This document shows positions 30,798 through 41,363 of a stretch of DNA of 64,000 nt, piece after piece. Source of the DNA: a bacterium (GTDB taxonomy: Bacteria; Electryoneota; Electryoneia; Electryoneales; Electryoneaceae); the NCBI GenBank assembly GCA_963669175.1, contig OY769902.1:2368001-2432000 (forward strand). The letters are read 5' to 3'. The notes below the pieces were generated by a model. The model was not told the origin of the DNA, did no database searches, and worked only from the letters and a program-made list of their open reading frames with translations. The stretch's first letter is position 1, and each line of letters starts with the position of its first letter. The position numbers and the translations under genes were made by a program.

Positions 30798-31802
30798 CTA
30801 AACAAATGAGTGTCCTATAGCAAAGCCTTCAAGTATCTTAGCGGTGTCACGGAGAGTCTCGACTTCAATTAATTTCAACCATGTGTTTCGGCTGTCAGGG
30901 TAGCCTTTTATGTAATTACGAATCATCTTGCGCATTTCCAGAACGCCACGTCGTTCGCCTTTGACTTTCACATTCATTTCCAGGTGCGCCAGGGCGACAC
31001 GAATCCTCTCTTCTTTACCAGGCGCCGGGTCGGGTTCCTGTCCACTCAGCAATTGCCAGCTACGATGCAGTACCCAGGGATTGCCAATGGCGCCACGTCC
31101 GATCATAACCCCGTCAATCCCGTCAAGTGAGGCCATCTTTTGCGCATCTTCCGGGGTCCAGATATCACCATTTCCTATAATGGTTGCCTGGATGTGAGTC
31201 GCCGCCTGTGACATCGCCTCCCAGTCTGCGGGGGTGCGTGGACGGTCAGCCTTTAGCCGTGCATGGATGGTTACCTGCTGTGCGCCGGCTTCAACCATGG
31301 CCGAGGCAACTTCGACAACTTCGTTCTTCTCCTTGATCCCCAGCCGCATTTTTACCGATACGGGGATTCCTTCCGCCTGGTCAACCATATTTTTCACTGC
31401 CCGGGCGGAGTTCTCCGGATCAGCCATCATGCCGCAGCCAGCGCCTCGCTTGGTCACTTTACGGACCGGGCAGCCCATGTTCAGGTCCAGGCCTTCAGGG
31501 TGCAATTCACGTGCGACTTCACCGGCCATACGTCCCAAAGCGTCGGCATCATGATCATAGAGCTGCACGACGATAGGCCGTTCCATCTCTTCAAATAGCG
31601 CCATTTTCCAGACTTTGTCGCCGCCGTATTCAAGTCCGCTGGCGCTGACAAACTCGGTATACAGGATGACTTCCGGTGCAACAGAACGCACCACCTGCCG
31701 GTATACCCGGTCCGTAACCGCTTCCATGGGGGCCAGGCAGACCAGGGGACGTTTGTCAAACCATCGTTCTTCGGTCGTGGGATTTTGTTTCTGAATTTCC
31801 AT
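30798..31802 (-). CDS. dusB: tRNA-dihydrouridine synthase (DusB-like)
   Basis: LAPMEAVTD, TEFVS, DLNMGCP, SVKMRLG, TIHAR, IGNGDI, DGVMIGRGAIGNPW. Likely ATG 31802. Confidence 0.9.
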   Translation of the reverse strand: MEIQKQNPTTEERWFDKRPLVCLAPMEAVTDRVYRQVVRSVAPEVILYTEFVSASGLEYGGDKVWKMALFEEMERPIVVQLYDHDADALGRMAGEVARELHPEGLDLNMGCPVRKVTKRGAGCGMMADPENSARAVKNMVDQAEGIPVSVKMRLGIKEKNEVVEVASAMVEAGAQQVTIHARLKADRPRTPADWEAMSQAATHIQATIIGNGDIWTPEDAQKMASLDGIDGVMIGRGAIGNPWVLHRSWQLLSGQEPDPAPGKEERIRVALAHLEMNVKVKGERRGVLEMRKMIRNYIKGYPDSRNTWLKLIEVETLRDTAKILEGFAIGHSFV

Positions 31803-31950
31803 GCGTGGTAATGTACAATAAACGGTCTTTTTGCGCTTCACTGGCGAGTCCATATGAGATCAGGGAGAGTCTGGTTGTAACTTCCGTCGGGTTTTGCTGT
31901 CTCAGAAATAGGGTGAGCTCTGTCAAGAAAACAGATTTCGGGAGATAAAG

Positions 31951-32829
31951 ATGAGTAAACAGGGATGGATGTGGTTGCTGGTCGGGTTCTTGTTACTTGC
32001 AGCCGGAGTAGTCGGCGCAGAAGACAATGACTACGACCTTGATGAAGTGTATTCGATTCAGAAGGATGGTACACTTAGCCTGAGTACAGAAGATGCGGAA
32101 GTCATCTTGCGTGGCACCGACAGGAAAGATGTACACCTGGTTGTACACAGAGAGATAAATGTGACTGGTACCTTCACGAAATTCGAGCAGGAACCGTTCA
32201 GCATGGAAGTGGAAGAGTCGAATGGCAACCTGATGATTCGTGAATCCGGCGGCTCTGTTTCCATATCAGGGATGTTCATTTCAGTTGAAGAGATATATAC
32301 GGTGGAAGTGGAAGTCCCAAATAGTATAAACATCCGGTTGTATGGCGAAGATGATGCTATTGACATACAGGGCATCAACGGTAAAATCGCTGTCAAATGC
32401 GAAGATGGTGAAGTTAAAATTGCCAACTGCGACAGCGATGAATTTGATCTTGAAATTGAAGATGGCGAGTTAGTCCTTCGAGGTGGCAGAGGTACGTTGA
32501 ACGCTTTCGCTGAAGATGGTGAGATTACGGTTCTTGCAGGGAATTACAATACGATTGAAGCGGATGTGGAAGACGGTGAAATCGAGATTGAAACCTCGTT
32601 GGCTGATAATGGCGAATACATGTTGAGAGCGGATGACGGTGAAATCACCTTCCGTGTAACCGAAGGCGGTGGTGATTTCCATGTTCGATTTGATGATGGC
32701 AGAGGACGCGCCTCTCGTGCCTTTGAAACGGTGGAAGAGGATGACAATTACCGTCATTTCAGATTGAAGGGCGGCTCTGCTGTCGTTCGTGCGAAAGTCA
32801 GCGATGGTGACGTCAAGTTCGAGAAGTAA
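31951..32829 (+). CDS. DUF4097 beta-strand repeat (putative adhesin) protein
   Basis: Signal peptide and repeated xEDGEI/V units. Confidence 0.8.
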   Translation: MSKQGWMWLLVGFLLLAAGVVGAEDNDYDLDEVYSIQKDGTLSLSTEDAEVILRGTDRKDVHLVVHREINVTGTFTKFEQEPFSMEVEESNGNLMIRESGGSVSISGMFISVEEIYTVEVEVPNSINIRLYGEDDAIDIQGINGKIAVKCEDGEVKIANCDSDEFDLEIEDGELVLRGGRGTLNAFAEDGEITVLAGNYNTIEADVEDGEIEIETSLADNGEYMLRADDGEITFRVTEGGGDFHVRFDDGRGRASRAFETVEEDDNYRHFRLKGGSAVVRAKVSDGDVKFEK

Positions 32830-32869
32830 TAATCAAGTGGTCCACTAGCCTGTCATACGTAGTACTTTC

Positions 32870-32900
32870 AAATCCTGCCTCAGGGCAGGATTTTTTATTT
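32870..32900 (+). terminator. Rho-independent terminator
   Basis: AAATCCTGCC-tcag-GGCAGGATTT followed by TTTATTT. Confidence 0.85.
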
Positions 32901-32986
32901 TCAGCCTTGATCACGTTGAATTCCGGGATACTGTTTGTATTTTACTTCGGGTGCTTGCTACTGCTAACTCTTTGACGGGAGATACC

Positions 32987-35290
32987 ATGATATTGCTGCA
33001 CAAGTTGTTCACCCCCTTCAAACTGATTCTTTTTGCCGGTCTTGTGAATCTCCTGATATCCATGACTTGTTTATCGTGGGATTATATTGGACCGTATATA
33101 CCCAGCATGCATACGTTTTCCTGGAGCGCTGCCGATACGAATGTTATCTACGCACTGCAAAACACTATAACTGACACGTGTAGCATCATGCTTAAATCAA
33201 CCAACCGTGGTCTGTCATGGCGTCCGGCAGAAGGACGTATTGACCGCTTCACCATGCATTATCCGCGAAACATATTCATCCATCCGCTTGATCCATCCAT
33301 GATCTGGGTTACAAATACGCGGGCCTTTTTTCGTACTGATGACGGGGGGCAGACCTGGAGTCGAACCCTGACTTCACTTTCCCAGATCCCTGATGGCGCC
33401 ATGTATGTATATCCGTTTGACAACAGGGTATTGTATGTGCTGATGAGTGATTTGCGCCGCAGCTACGATGATGGCGAGACCTGGACTGTGATCTATGAAA
33501 CCGGATCGGACGATTTCAGGTTTGCCATGTGTCCCACTGATCCGCACATCTTGATTGTCGTTGATGGAACAGACTTCAATCGTGAAGGTCTGGACGCAAT
33601 CTGGAACAGTAACAATGGCGGGGCGAGCTGGGAATCTGTTGACTATTCTCCCCGTGATCTCTTCGACTCCCTGGAAGTCCAGCGTCTATGGATTTATGGC
33701 AATGAGCCCACCAACCGGATGATGATTGGCGTCAGGACAAGTGAACCTTACAACACAGTCTGCCTTTTCAGCTTGAACTCAAGCCGGGACTGGTATGTAG
33801 CATGGGAGTCTGACAGACGAATGGAAAGCTATCATGTGGATTCTGAGAACTCATTATACTTAACCCTTAGAGAAGGTGTCTTTAATAGTGATATTATTGT
33901 CAGGTCGGACGATCTGGGATTATCCTGGGACACCGTTTCCACAGGGACATCCGATCACGTTGAACCAAAACATCGATCCTGCTCGGTTGTTTCCAACCCA
34001 TTGAACCCAAACACAATTCTGGTTGCGGAAGAAGCGGGTCTGTACCGGTCTCAAAACCGTGGACAGGAATTCAACCTCATTGCCCCGCACGATCTTGAAC
34101 AAAGCAGTCATCAGCTCTGGCATGATCCTCAGTATGTCGGCAGATGTCATACGATCTGGAAACAATGGTATATGATCAAGCAGGATGAACAGGCTGAATG
34201 GATTCCTATATGGCCGGGAGTTGTTTCCATGGCATTCAATCCTGATATCGCTGACAGGGTGTTCCTGGCAGGTCACGCTTTACTGACGCTGGATACGGAG
34301 TTTATGCTTCCGGATACGCTGTTGTCAGAGCACTACATGTACAGTGACATCCTGGTACACCCGGGGGATTCTACGATTTTGTTCGCGTTGGCGCATGGGG
34401 AGGACTATGACGAGGCGGGGCATGAAGCGGCCCTCCTGCGTTCACAGGATTCCGGAGCTACCTGGGACACTGTGCTGGTTGCCAATTCAGATTATATGCA
34501 ACGAGTCTGTTTTGCTGAAGATAACCCGGATCAGTTATTCTTCATTGGAGAAACGATCTGGTATTCTGATAACGGTGGCGATGAATGGCATGACGCGGGA
34601 GTCGGTGAGGAGTACCTGTACGTTGATTTCGTCAGCGCGCCTGATGATTGCTGGTTTGCACTGGTCAAAGAAGAAAATGCACCCCTGTTACTGTTGAATG
34701 TATATGTTTCCCGTGACTTCGGTGAAACGTGGGAGATAATAAACAACGAGTTGGGGTTTGAAATAATTACCGAAATTGAATGGTGGCCGGGTGAAGACCC
34801 ATGCCTGATCGCCATGTGCGGAGATACAACGCTGTACTATACCGATGATCTTGGAAGTAGCTGGAATGTGAAGCCAACCTCTCTGCCGGAGAGGGCAGGA
34901 TTATCCAACCTGTCATTTTCCCCGGATGGTTCAACCGCTTTCCTGTGTGATCCTGATAGAGGTTTTTACCGGTATGACAATTTTACTACGGATATTCAGG
35001 AAGATGCAAAATGGGCCACGCCAGCGACATTTTCACTTTCACCTGCCTGGCCAAACCCGTTTAACAGTGAGACAAGGATTGAGATCATGCTCCCGGAAGC
35101 GGGAGAGCTGGATGTGACACTTTTTAACATCCTGGGGCAGAAAGTTGCAACTTTGGAAAGAAACCGGAAGTGTAATGCGGGTATTTACACCTATGCAGTG
35201 GATGCGGCAAGTCTGGCAGCGGGTGTCTATATTCTGCGCGCTGAATGGCAAGGGTGTACCCGGTATCAACGCATTACACTACTACGCTAA
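32987..35290 (+). CDS. Secreted BNR/Asp-box beta-propeller (VPS10/YCF48-like) protein with T9SS type-A C-terminal domain
   Basis: Many S/TxDxGxTW boxes (TDDGGQTW, SYDDGETW, SDDLGLSW, SQDSGATW, SRDFGETW). C-terminus WPNPFN...FNILGQKV...LAAGVY...ITLLR. Confidence 0.88.
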   Translation: MILLHKLFTPFKLILFAGLVNLLISMTCLSWDYIGPYIPSMHTFSWSAADTNVIYALQNTITDTCSIMLKSTNRGLSWRPAEGRIDRFTMHYPRNIFIHPLDPSMIWVTNTRAFFRTDDGGQTWSRTLTSLSQIPDGAMYVYPFDNRVLYVLMSDLRRSYDDGETWTVIYETGSDDFRFAMCPTDPHILIVVDGTDFNREGLDAIWNSNNGGASWESVDYSPRDLFDSLEVQRLWIYGNEPTNRMMIGVRTSEPYNTVCLFSLNSSRDWYVAWESDRRMESYHVDSENSLYLTLREGVFNSDIIVRSDDLGLSWDTVSTGTSDHVEPKHRSCSVVSNPLNPNTILVAEEAGLYRSQNRGQEFNLIAPHDLEQSSHQLWHDPQYVGRCHTIWKQWYMIKQDEQAEWIPIWPGVVSMAFNPDIADRVFLAGHALLTLDTEFMLPDTLLSEHYMYSDILVHPGDSTILFALAHGEDYDEAGHEAALLRSQDSGATWDTVLVANSDYMQRVCFAEDNPDQLFFIGETIWYSDNGGDEWHDAGVGEEYLYVDFVSAPDDCWFALVKEENAPLLLLNVYVSRDFGETWEIINNELGFEIITEIEWWPGEDPCLIAMCGDTTLYYTDDLGSSWNVKPTSLPERAGLSNLSFSPDGSTAFLCDPDRGFYRYDNFTTDIQEDAKWATPATFSLSPAWPNPFNSETRIEIMLPEAGELDVTLFNILGQKVATLERNRKCNAGIYTYAVDAASLAAGVYILRAEWQGCTRYQRITLLR

Positions 35291-35346
35291 AAGGGCATTT
35301 TCGAGAAAAAAAATCGTTGTTACGAGGTGGTCATTACGGGAGGTTC

Positions 35347-35988
35347 ATGGTGAAAACACGTGTACTTCTGGTTACAATTGCTTTTCTGATGGCGAATACA
35401 GTCCTGGCCGCTGTGAAAACGCAGTACGGGATAGGATTCGGTTTCCTGACCCCATTCAATTTCGACACGGGCTATTCAGCCGAACTCAAGCTCGATCTCA
35501 TCCCGGATGGCACCCCGCACCGGTTGCGCATCGAAGCACGCTATCTGAATGCACAGAAAGAAAATGATGACACTTACAACAATGAATTCAACGAATATGT
35601 GGATGCGTTTACCCTTGAAATGGGACCGATGTTTTCCCTGCATAAAGGGGAAACACTCCGTACGTTCGTGGGACTGGGAGTCAGCTTCACCTTTGCCAAT
35701 ATTGAACGATCCGGTGAAGTTTATTCCTACAGAGATAACTCTTACACAAGTTACCCGGTTAAAAGTAACGATTCCGGCTTTGGCCCGGGATTAAGCCTCT
35801 ATTTTCAGACTGAATGGAAGTTTACCGAGAACATCCGGTACGATTTCGGCGCAGGGTTCCGTTTCGGTACCCCGCATTTCAAGGACGAGGGTGTATATGT
35901 GGATGGATATCGCTATGACTATGGTGATGATCCGTCGGTGGGTGGTTTTTTTGCCAACGTAGGATTTCTCTTTGCGCTGAATCCCTGA
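35347..35988 (+). CDS. Small outer-membrane beta-barrel protein
   Basis: RBS GGAGG, signal peptide, amphipathic strands and C-terminal ANVGFLF. Confidence 0.7.
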   Translation: MVKTRVLLVTIAFLMANTVLAAVKTQYGIGFGFLTPFNFDTGYSAELKLDLIPDGTPHRLRIEARYLNAQKENDDTYNNEFNEYVDAFTLEMGPMFSLHKGETLRTFVGLGVSFTFANIERSGEVYSYRDNSYTSYPVKSNDSGFGPGLSLYFQTEWKFTENIRYDFGAGFRFGTPHFKDEGVYVDGYRYDYGDDPSVGGFFANVGFLFALNP

Positions 35989-35993
35989 TACTC

Positions 35994-37520
35994 TCAGGAT
36001 CTAGCTGCAAGGGGTAACGACACTCGGAAAGTGGAGCCTGAATTCACTTTACTCTGCACTTCTATAGAGCCGCCATGCTGCTGAATAATCGCGTAGCTGG
36101 TGGCTAGTCCCATTCCCATTCGTACACGTCTGCCTGAACGGTTAAACCCGACATCGAAGATGGTTTCCAACATCTCCATCGAGATACCCTTTCCTGTATC
36201 ACGCACTTCCACGATCAGCGACTTGTCATCGTTACTTGTTTGAATCTCTATTTTGCCACCGCCTTCAATCGCTTCCATAGCGTTTGAGATCAATTGAAGG
36301 AAAACATAGTTCAGCTCAGCCGGGTGGCCCTGGATGGTTCGGTCAGCACGATAGTCCTTCCTGATTTCAATACGATCACCCATTTCAGGTTGCAGGATTT
36401 CCAGTGTGGCGTCGAGGTTTGCATTGGCATCGATATCCTGGAATTCAGCGGCATCAAGATGAGTGAAGCGTTTCAAGCTGGAGGTCATGTTGCTGATACG
36501 TTTTCCCGCATTGCGTGTCAGGCGCAGGCTTTCACCGATAGTGGAAAACGCTCGCTTGAATTGATGTGATTCAGGCGTATCACTTTGCCAGTCCGACAAT
36601 ACTGATGCCTGCAGGAGCTTTGTGGCCTGATCAATTGTATCTGCTGAGGATAAAATTGCGCCGACAGGAGTGTTTACTTCATGGGCCACGCCTGCCGCCA
36701 ACCGTCCCAACGCGGCCATTTTTTCACTCTGGACCAACTGGAGCTGGGCTTCACGCAGGTGACGAGTGCGGTCCTCGACTTTCTGTTCAAGACCAAGGTT
36801 CAGCTCGCGTAGTTGGTCCGCATTATATTTATTAATGGTCAGGTAGAGAGTTATCGTTGCAAGTAAAATGGTCGGTTCAACACAAATCCGTGTTTCAAAA
36901 CCGAGAAGCGGGATAATGACACCAAAAATAGGTCCAGCCAAAAGTATGATGAACATCGCGATCGTGTTCAAGAGAAGAAAGCGTCTACGAACCGGGTCAC
37001 GATTCAGTTTCAACGCTGAAAACATCATCACGAACATCAGGAATTCAATGGCCATCCCGATTGACATGGCCGGAATCATCCAGAACGTATATTTCTGCTC
37101 AAAATTGCATAAGCTGCCGGTAACCTCACGTTCTACCAGGAAACCGGGGATTTGAAGACTGATGATGATGAGCAGAGCATAGGCAAGGGAGCCGTATATG
37201 TATAACCTTGCAGGTATTCCCAACAGCTTCTTGTCCATAAAATTATAAAACTCTGTGAAACTGATGACATACAACAGGGAAGTGGCAAAAATAGAACCAT
37301 TCGTCAGGTAGGGAAAACGAACCAGCAGTGCAAACTGTTCTGGCGACGCAGAGTGCGCAGTAATAACATTCGCCAGGCTGTTGGCTGCAAGATTCAACGT
37401 AAACAAGGCAAAAAAGATGTTGATGCGTTGGCCGTGGCGATTGATCAAAGCGATGATCGCCAGGACAGAATTCAGCCCGAACGTGAGGATTGAAGGGATT
37501 TCGTTAAGCTGGAACTGCAA
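35994..37520 (-). CDS. Membrane (7TM-type) sensor histidine kinase, NtrB-like core
   Basis: About 7 N-terminal TM helices. QLVQSEKMAALGRLAAGVAHEVNTP (H-box), N-box, DTGKG, GMGLA. Confidence 0.92.
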   Translation of the reverse strand: MQFQLNEIPSILTFGLNSVLAIIALINRHGQRINIFFALFTLNLAANSLANVITAHSASPEQFALLVRFPYLTNGSIFATSLLYVISFTEFYNFMDKKLLGIPARLYIYGSLAYALLIIISLQIPGFLVEREVTGSLCNFEQKYTFWMIPAMSIGMAIEFLMFVMMFSALKLNRDPVRRRFLLLNTIAMFIILLAGPIFGVIIPLLGFETRICVEPTILLATITLYLTINKYNADQLRELNLGLEQKVEDRTRHLREAQLQLVQSEKMAALGRLAAGVAHEVNTPVGAILSSADTIDQATKLLQASVLSDWQSDTPESHQFKRAFSTIGESLRLTRNAGKRISNMTSSLKRFTHLDAAEFQDIDANANLDATLEILQPEMGDRIEIRKDYRADRTIQGHPAELNYVFLQLISNAMEAIEGGGKIEIQTSNDDKSLIVEVRDTGKGISMEMLETIFDVGFNRSGRRVRMGMGLATSYAIIQQHGGSIEVQSKVNSGSTFRVSLPLAARS

Positions 37521-37658
37521 AATGCCTCTCCATTGTACCAGGTAAAGATGTGAATGAAAAGGTAAATGAATTCTGTCGTCGTTGCGAATCCGAACATTTC
37601 ACGAATAGCGTTTTGAAATGTGATTTTCAGGCGTTGACAGAATAGTATACGCTGTTCT

Positions 37659-37928
37659 TCAATCGCTTGTTTTGCCTGCTGAATTGTGCTTCGCAGCGTT
37701 GGCTGCTTGTTTCATCTGCCACAAACCTTTTTCAATCTCATTGTAATTCTCAAGGTCTGAATATATCAATGGAGTGGCGTCTATGCCTTTAGCCTGGTTG
37801 TTACGGAGCACGACGCCAGCGGCGCCCCCGGGAAAGGGAGCATAGGCAAGTGTGAGGAAGAAAAGGGCGAACCCTATAAAAGCAATGATTCCCCTGATCA
37901 CACGTTTTTGTACAGAAGATTTCGCCAC
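37659..37928 (-). CDS. Small single-TM hypothetical protein downstream of YeiH
   Basis: 89-aa ORF with one hydrophobic helix and an IDATPLIYSD motif, 68 bp downstream of the YeiH gene. Confidence 0.65.
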   Translation of the reverse strand: MAKSSVQKRVIRGIIAFIGFALFFLTLAYAPFPGGAAGVVLRNNQAKGIDATPLIYSDLENYNEIEKGLWQMKQAANAAKHNSAGKTSD

Positions 37929-37996
37929 AATATGTCCAGTGTATGTTTACCCATCAACAGCCGGTATAATTGATAATGGGGGTCAGAATCTGTGTA

Positions 37997-39511
37997 TCAG
38001 AAAACCTTCGGGAACAGGATTCCACCAAACGCCAGCCATGCAGCGAACACCGTCAGAACCAGGTTGAAGGTCTGGCCGACAACATACAGAATCAATGGCT
38101 TTCCGCCGGCCAACTGGCTACCCAGTTCACGGAAATTGGATTCCAGTCCGATCGCAACAAACGCAAGGCAGAACAGCCAGCCACGCAAGACCTTGGTCAC
38201 CGGTTTGATGAAACGGGCATTGACAACCTGGGCGCCACGCTGCATGCGTGACACTTTCGGCTTTGCAGGTTCAGTTACAGCCTGTACAGCAACTTCCGTT
38301 TCTTTTGCTTTAACAACTTCAGGTGTAGCAATTGCCTGACTCCCTGCGCCTTCTTCATGTTCGTCGATAGCGCCGGATTCCTGTGCAACTGCAGGCGCTA
38401 CGATGGAGAAAGACGGCTTAACGCTTGCTGTCTCGCTACTTTCCTTCCCAAAAATGGGTACCAGGACAAAGGAGAACAGGAGGGAGGCGCCAACAAACCC
38501 AAGGATAAATTTCGGGAAACGATACCAGATTTCCATCGCGTTCGGTTTGGGGCCGCAGGGATCACGTTCAACTTTGGTACACCAGTATATCGCGACGACA
38601 AAGGCAACCACACCTATCAGGACATTCTGTATCATCTTTACAACCGCAGCGACCTTTTCCGCTTCCGGTCCCAGCACATTTCCGGCAGCAACAACAGCGC
38701 CGGTCGCATCAATGGTCCCACCAATCCAAGCGCCCCCGATGATAGGATCCATGCCGAGTAACTTGATGAAAACAGGCATGAATACCATCATCAGCACGGT
38801 AAAGATGAGTGTAATACCAACTGCAAGCGTTAGTTCTTCCTTCTTGGCTTTTGCCGCGGCTGCGGTGGCAATGGCGGCTGATACACCGCATACCGATGTG
38901 GCCGCGGCAATAACGATCACCAGCGCTTTACTCGGGATCTTCAGGACTTTTGTACCAAAAAGGAACATGAAGATGACAACAGTGGGAGTAACGATCCAGG
39001 CAACCACCAATCCCGGCCCACCCAGTTCCAGTATCTTGCTGAAGAGAATCTCGGCGCCGAGCAAAACAAGACCGGTCTTAATATATAATTCACTTTTTGC
39101 ACCGGCCAAGAGCCATTTCGGCGTACCCACCGTATTGGAAATGAGCAGGCCGATAGCTAAAGCCCAGAAAGCATAGCCAATACCATAGGCTTTTATCTGT
39201 GCTTGGTTGGCAAACAGGTATGAGATTACGGAGATAAGAAAGACAATGGTATATCCTCCCAGGAATCTTCCTGCCTTTTCTCCCATGGCCTTTATCCCGA
39301 TGGCATTGAGTAAGCCAAGCCCAACAAACAGGATAAGAGTTGGAAGCAGGGAGCCGCTGGGGAAGACATCAAGAGGATTTGCTGTCCATCCCCCAAGCTT
39401 GGGGACGCGAGTAATAACTCCAAACACGGCGGCGGCGATCATTACTAATCCGAACCAGATTGCCCACCAGTCTTCGTGTTTGTAAAGATCCGACCAACTG
39501 GATTTCGCCAT
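37997..39511 (-). CDS. YeiH/UPF0324 family (putative sulfate/sulfite exporter) transporter
   Basis: EDWWAIW, EL.IKTGLVLLGAE, SVCGVSAAIA, GAWIGGTIDATGAV, KMIQN, RFPKF, WLFCLAFVAIGL, GQTFN. Confidence 0.9.
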   Translation of the reverse strand: MAKSSWSDLYKHEDWWAIWFGLVMIAAAVFGVITRVPKLGGWTANPLDVFPSGSLLPTLILFVGLGLLNAIGIKAMGEKAGRFLGGYTIVFLISVISYLFANQAQIKAYGIGYAFWALAIGLLISNTVGTPKWLLAGAKSELYIKTGLVLLGAEILFSKILELGGPGLVVAWIVTPTVVIFMFLFGTKVLKIPSKALVIVIAAATSVCGVSAAIATAAAAKAKKEELTLAVGITLIFTVLMMVFMPVFIKLLGMDPIIGGAWIGGTIDATGAVVAAGNVLGPEAEKVAAVVKMIQNVLIGVVAFVVAIYWCTKVERDPCGPKPNAMEIWYRFPKFILGFVGASLLFSFVLVPIFGKESSETASVKPSFSIVAPAVAQESGAIDEHEEGAGSQAIATPEVVKAKETEVAVQAVTEPAKPKVSRMQRGAQVVNARFIKPVTKVLRGWLFCLAFVAIGLESNFRELGSQLAGGKPLILYVVGQTFNLVLTVFAAWLAFGGILFPKVF

Positions 39512-39563
39512 TTTCCCCCTCCTTCAGCTCGCCCTGGAGCCATGGAACCAGCGTAAAACTGTT

Positions 39564-39581
39564 TGGTGAAAAAATGCACAA
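39564..39581. promoter_or_regulatory. Candidate Rex operator
   Basis: TGGTGAA-AAAA-TGCACAA against the consensus TTGTGAA-N4-TTCACAA, in the yeiH/dsrA divergent region. Confidence 0.5.
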
Positions 39582-40107
39582 TCCTGCATGACCGCCAGAG
39601 AGTAGTATATACTCCTCAAAGGTATAGGATAACAGCTCTGGAGGCAAGGGAAGGGCCTGTAATTGGCATGAATGTAACAAATGGTTTAAAACCAATGACG
39701 ACCAAACTGGAGTTGGAAGTCAGGAAAGCCTTATTTTCAGTGGTTACAAGACTTGAAGCAGATTAGTATTTCAGAGTTTTACTCTCCTAATCGGGAAAAA
39801 TTTGGCATGTGCTGTCAGAAAATGTTACCTTCACTTTCCCTGAGGCCCCTCAAGGAAGTCTTTCGGAATCGGGGAGTTGCGAGTTCGATTGGATAGAATC
39901 GGAGTTATGCTTCCCGAATCGTTCTTTTTTTCACAAGAACGTGGGCGAAGAGGCAGGTTTTGAGGGGGCGGCATTCAGACCAGAAAAGACACAAACGATA
40001 GAACGTAGGACCAAACTTCATGTAATGGGAGCGTACGTTTGTTGCAAGTCGCAAGTCTTGTGGACCTGTAATAGCTGATACGCGACGAAACGGCTTTAGG
40101 AGGAACT

Positions 40108-41301
40108 ATGCCAGAGGAGTACAAGACCCCGAAGCTTGACGAGCTGGAAAAGGGGCCGTGGCCCAGCTTCGTGAAGGAGATTAAGCTGGCGGCAAAGGAC
40201 AACGCGATGTCAAACGCGTTGCTCGGGCTGCTCGAGCGCTCCTACAACGAGCGGATTGGCCATTGGAAGCATGGCGGTATCGTAGGCGTTATGGGATACG
40301 GCGGAGGCGTGATCGGTCGTTACACCGACCTGGCGGAAGAATTCCCGGATATCTCCCACTTCCATACCCTGCGTGTCAATCAACCTTCCGGTTGGTTCTA
40401 CACATCTGAAGCATTGAACACCTTGTGCGACATCTGGGACAAGCATGGCAGTCACCTGACGAACATGCACGGTTCCACTGGCGACATCATTTTCCTCGGC
40501 ACCACAACCGAAGAACTTGAGCCGACCTTTGCAGACCTGACCAAAGCCGGTTTCGACCTTGGTGGTTCGGGTTCCGATATGCGTACCCCAAGCTGCTGCG
40601 TCGGCCCAGGCCGTTGCGAATGGGCTTGCTACGATACCCTGCAGCGCTGCTATGATATCACCATGCGCTATCAGGACGAACTGCACCGCCCGGCATTCCC
40701 GTATAAGTGGAAATTCAAGTTCTCCGGCTGCCCGAACGATTGCGTTGCTTCCATTGCACGTTCCGACATCTCCATCATCGGTACCTGGAAAGACAGCATC
40801 AAGATTGACGAAGCCGAAGTCAAGGCCTATGCTGATGGCGGCTTGGACATCTTCAACGATGTCGTACTGAATTGCCCGGCAAAATGCATGAAATATGCTG
40901 ATGGCAAGCTTGAGATCGACAACAACGACTGCCGTCGCTGCATGCACTGCCTCAACGTAATGCCGAAAGCCCTGCGTCCTGGCGACGAAAAGGGTGCGGT
41001 CATTCTCATCGGCGCCAAGGCCCCGATCGTGGAAGGCGCATTGCTCTCCAGCGTCATCATTCCGTTCCTGAACATTGATGACGAAGAAGAATTCGAAGAC
41101 TTCTGCGATCTCATCGAAGAAATGCAGGATGTCTGGTGCGAAGAAGGCAAGAACCGTGAACGTGTGGGTGAGTTCATCCAGCGTGTCGGTATGAGCAACT
41201 TCCTCGAAGCCGTCGGCCTCGAGCCCATACCGGAAATGGTCGCCTATCCGCGTGACAACCCCTATATCTTCTTCGAACAGGAAGAAGAAGAAGAAGAGTA
41301 A
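40108..41301 (+). CDS. dsrA: Dissimilatory sulfite reductase alpha subunit
   Basis: [56 protein letters not shown]. Siroheme/FeS motifs CVGPGRC and [15 protein letters not shown]. Confidence 0.99.
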   Translation: MPEEYKTPKLDELEKGPWPSFVKEIKLAAKDNAMSNALLGLLERSYNERIGHWKHGGIVGVMGYGGGVIGRYTDLAEEFPDISHFHTLRVNQPSGWFYTSEALNTLCDIWDKHGSHLTNMHGSTGDIIFLGTTTEELEPTFADLTKAGFDLGGSGSDMRTPSCCVGPGRCEWACYDTLQRCYDITMRYQDELHRPAFPYKWKFKFSGCPNDCVASIARSDISIIGTWKDSIKIDEAEVKAYADGGLDIFNDVVLNCPAKCMKYADGKLEIDNNDCRRCMHCLNVMPKALRPGDEKGAVILIGAKAPIVEGALLSSVIIPFLNIDDEEEFEDFCDLIEEMQDVWCEEGKNRERVGEFIQRVGMSNFLEAVGLEPIPEMVAYPRDNPYIFFEQEEEEEE

Positions 41302-41363
41302 ATCGTACGGGGCGACATTACCAGTTGTTGCAGAAAAGAACCACATGCAGATAGGAGTGTAAG

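Noticed and set aside
39801-39820. Sigma-54 promoter upstream of dsrA (TTGGCAT...)
   Set aside because: The -12 TTGC element is missing at the required spacing.
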